64,000 nucleotides of DNA from Mobula hypostoma (taxonomy: Eukaryota), in NCBI RefSeq assembly GCF_963921235.1, contig NC_086100.1, positions 204,292,001 through 204,356,000 of the forward strand, read 5' to 3'. The notes under the pieces were generated by a model. The model was not told the DNA's origin, ran no database searches, and saw nothing but the letters and a program-made list of their open reading frames with translations. Shown here piece after piece: positions 62,200-64,000 of this stretch (positions are counted from its first letter, which is position 1; the number at the start of each line of letters is the position of its first letter). Made by a program: the position numbers and the translations under genes.

Positions 62200-63022
62200 C
62201 ACTAAACTAAACATTGACGGAAGGAACCAACAATGCTTCAAAATTTATATTGGAACCAAACAGAGGCCAAACCTGAATCATTTAATATCTATAGTGAAAT
62301 GATTGTCAGGGAAATAGAAGACCTAGATGGGATAAAAATTGGAGGTGTTAACATCAACAATATAAGAGATGAAGACAATACCACTTTAATAGCTGTCAAT
62401 TGTACATCGGTAACCAAGAGATTGAACAAAAGACCAGCTTTAATTACTTCGGTAGCTTTATAACACAAGATGCTAAAAGTAAAGTAGAAATAAAAGGAAG
62501 AACTGCCATTGCCAAAACCAACTTCCAAAAAATGAAACATATTTTTACCAACAGACACATTTATATGACAATAAGGCTTAGGCTACTAAAATGTTATGTC
62601 TGGTCAATCTTGCTGTACACTTCTGAAACATGGACTATAACACCAGAACTCCAAAGAAACTTAGAAGGAACAGAAATGTGGTTTCTTAGGAGAATGCTAA
62701 AAATATCATATAGAGATAGGGTAACTAATGAGACAGTACTCCAACGTGCCTATACAAAAAGATCTTTAATGTGAACATTAAATGAGAGGAAACTTAAATT
62801 CCTGGGTCATGCCATCAGAAAGGGAGAAATAGAATGCCTCACATTACAAGCCGTATGCTTTGGAAATGCGGAAGAGGAAGGCAAAGAAGAAACTATATGG
62901 ACGCTGTGAAAGAACTAACAGATCTAAGTGTGCGAGATATCATTGACGCTGCGTGGGATTGTTTGATGTGGAAAGCCTTGATCGCCCAAGCATGTAACGC
63001 GCAAGGCAGATGAAGAAGAAGA
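62200..63022 (+). mobile_element. RTE-clade LINE RT C-terminal fragment
   Basis: FNIYSEMIVRE..GIKIGGVNINNIR; RLLKCYVWSILLY.SETWTI..EMWFLRRMLKIS; (GAA)n tail. Confidence 0.85.
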
Positions 63023-63249
63023 CATGTTTTACAAACAATACATTTCAATGTTCAAGTTCAACGTAAATTTATTATCAAAGTGTGTTAACCAGATGTTATC
63101 GAACAATTCACAAAAATGTTGGCAAGGTAACTCAATGCCAACCCCTAGCCTGGGATAGGGGGAAAGAGAGAAAGAGAAATTGCCTTTCAACTCACGAGAG
63201 ATCATAGGCCATCAACTTTTTGGTGTTGATGTTTCTGTAGCAGGAAATC

Positions 63250-63385
63250 TTTTTTACGAGGTCCAGTTGCTAGCTCGACGCTCAACCCAGCGCGGATGGA
63301 AAGTGTGTACGGGAGCCGGCTGGATTCGAACTCGGGAGCCTTCGCTCTGAAGTCCGGCGTTGATGCCACTATGCCACCAGCCAGC
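63250..63385 (-). mobile_element. Short tRNA-derived SINE
   Basis: - strand A box TGGCATAGTGG, B box GTTCGAATC, ending CTCGTAAAAAAG. Confidence 0.7.
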
Positions 63386-63639
63386 TAGGCTGGTGTAAGG
63401 AATGGGACCAATTCCAGAGGGGGAAGAGTGGGTGAGTCTGGGACTTTGTGAAGGAGCCATAACACCATCCTCCTCATTCCCCTTTCCCCTTCTCACTCCC
63501 CTCCCTCACACTCCACTGCATGTGTTTGTGTGTGTGAGAGAGACCTGTCTGCCCACTTCACCCTCCATCAACGATGAGCCCTCTCCCCTAACACACTCAC
63601 ACTCCCATGCACACAAGAATCCTTGTGGGGTCAAATAAC

Positions 63640-64000
63640 CCAAAAATCTTATGCCCTCACTCCTGCACCAACTCCTTAGCCACGTGGTAAACAGTATATT
63701 CTTCCTATTCCTGGCACGTGGCACAAATCACAGTCCTGAGGTTACAGCCCTGGACGAGCTGCCCTTTATCTTAGCATCCACTGAACCCCCGTTGCAGAAC
63801 CTCGTTACTCTACCAGCCCATATCATTGGTACCCACATGGACCACGACCTTCACTGTTCACCTTCCTTAGGAATGCTGAGCGCTCAACCCAAGATGTTGC
63901 AGATGCTAGCACGCAGGAGACAACATACCATCCTGGAATCTCATTCTCACCCACAGAGCATCCAGTCAGTTCCCTTCGCTAATGAATCACCTACGACTGC
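63640..64000 (-). mobile_element. CR1 ORF1 SGNH-esterase relic, running off the window end
   Basis: VVGDSLAKGTD..LCG.E.DSRMVCCL (GDSL-type esterase motif of CR1 ORF1). Confidence 0.7.

Overview
Repeat-dense eukaryotic (vertebrate) DNA. The CR1 LINE subfamilies, GPR139-like receptor copies and C2H2 zinc-finger copy point to a cartilaginous fish (shark or ray); this is an inference. No intact protein-coding gene is evident. Host-derived content is two paralogous two-exon GPR139-like 7TM receptor pseudogenes on the - strand (1431-5777 and 20875-22565) and a decayed C2H2 zinc-finger exon (about 33186-34310). Nearly everything else is nested retroelements. Non-LTR elements: many CR1 copies, I/Nimb (with RNase H), R4/Dong, Rex1/Babar, RTE, L1, Penelope-derived pieces carrying minimal hammerhead ribozymes, and two tRNA-derived SINEs. 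LTR elements: four Gypsy lineages (PNMA-gag type, CsRN1 type, Gmr1 type, and a non-autonomous element with a self-priming signature), a solo LTR, and a decayed class I (gamma/epsilon-like) endogenous retrovirus with a tRNA-Ser primer binding site. A tandem duplication at about 35.25-41.2 kb exposes filled and empty insertion sites. All family calls come from motif recognition by eye, not database searches, and the boundaries of old relics are approximate.
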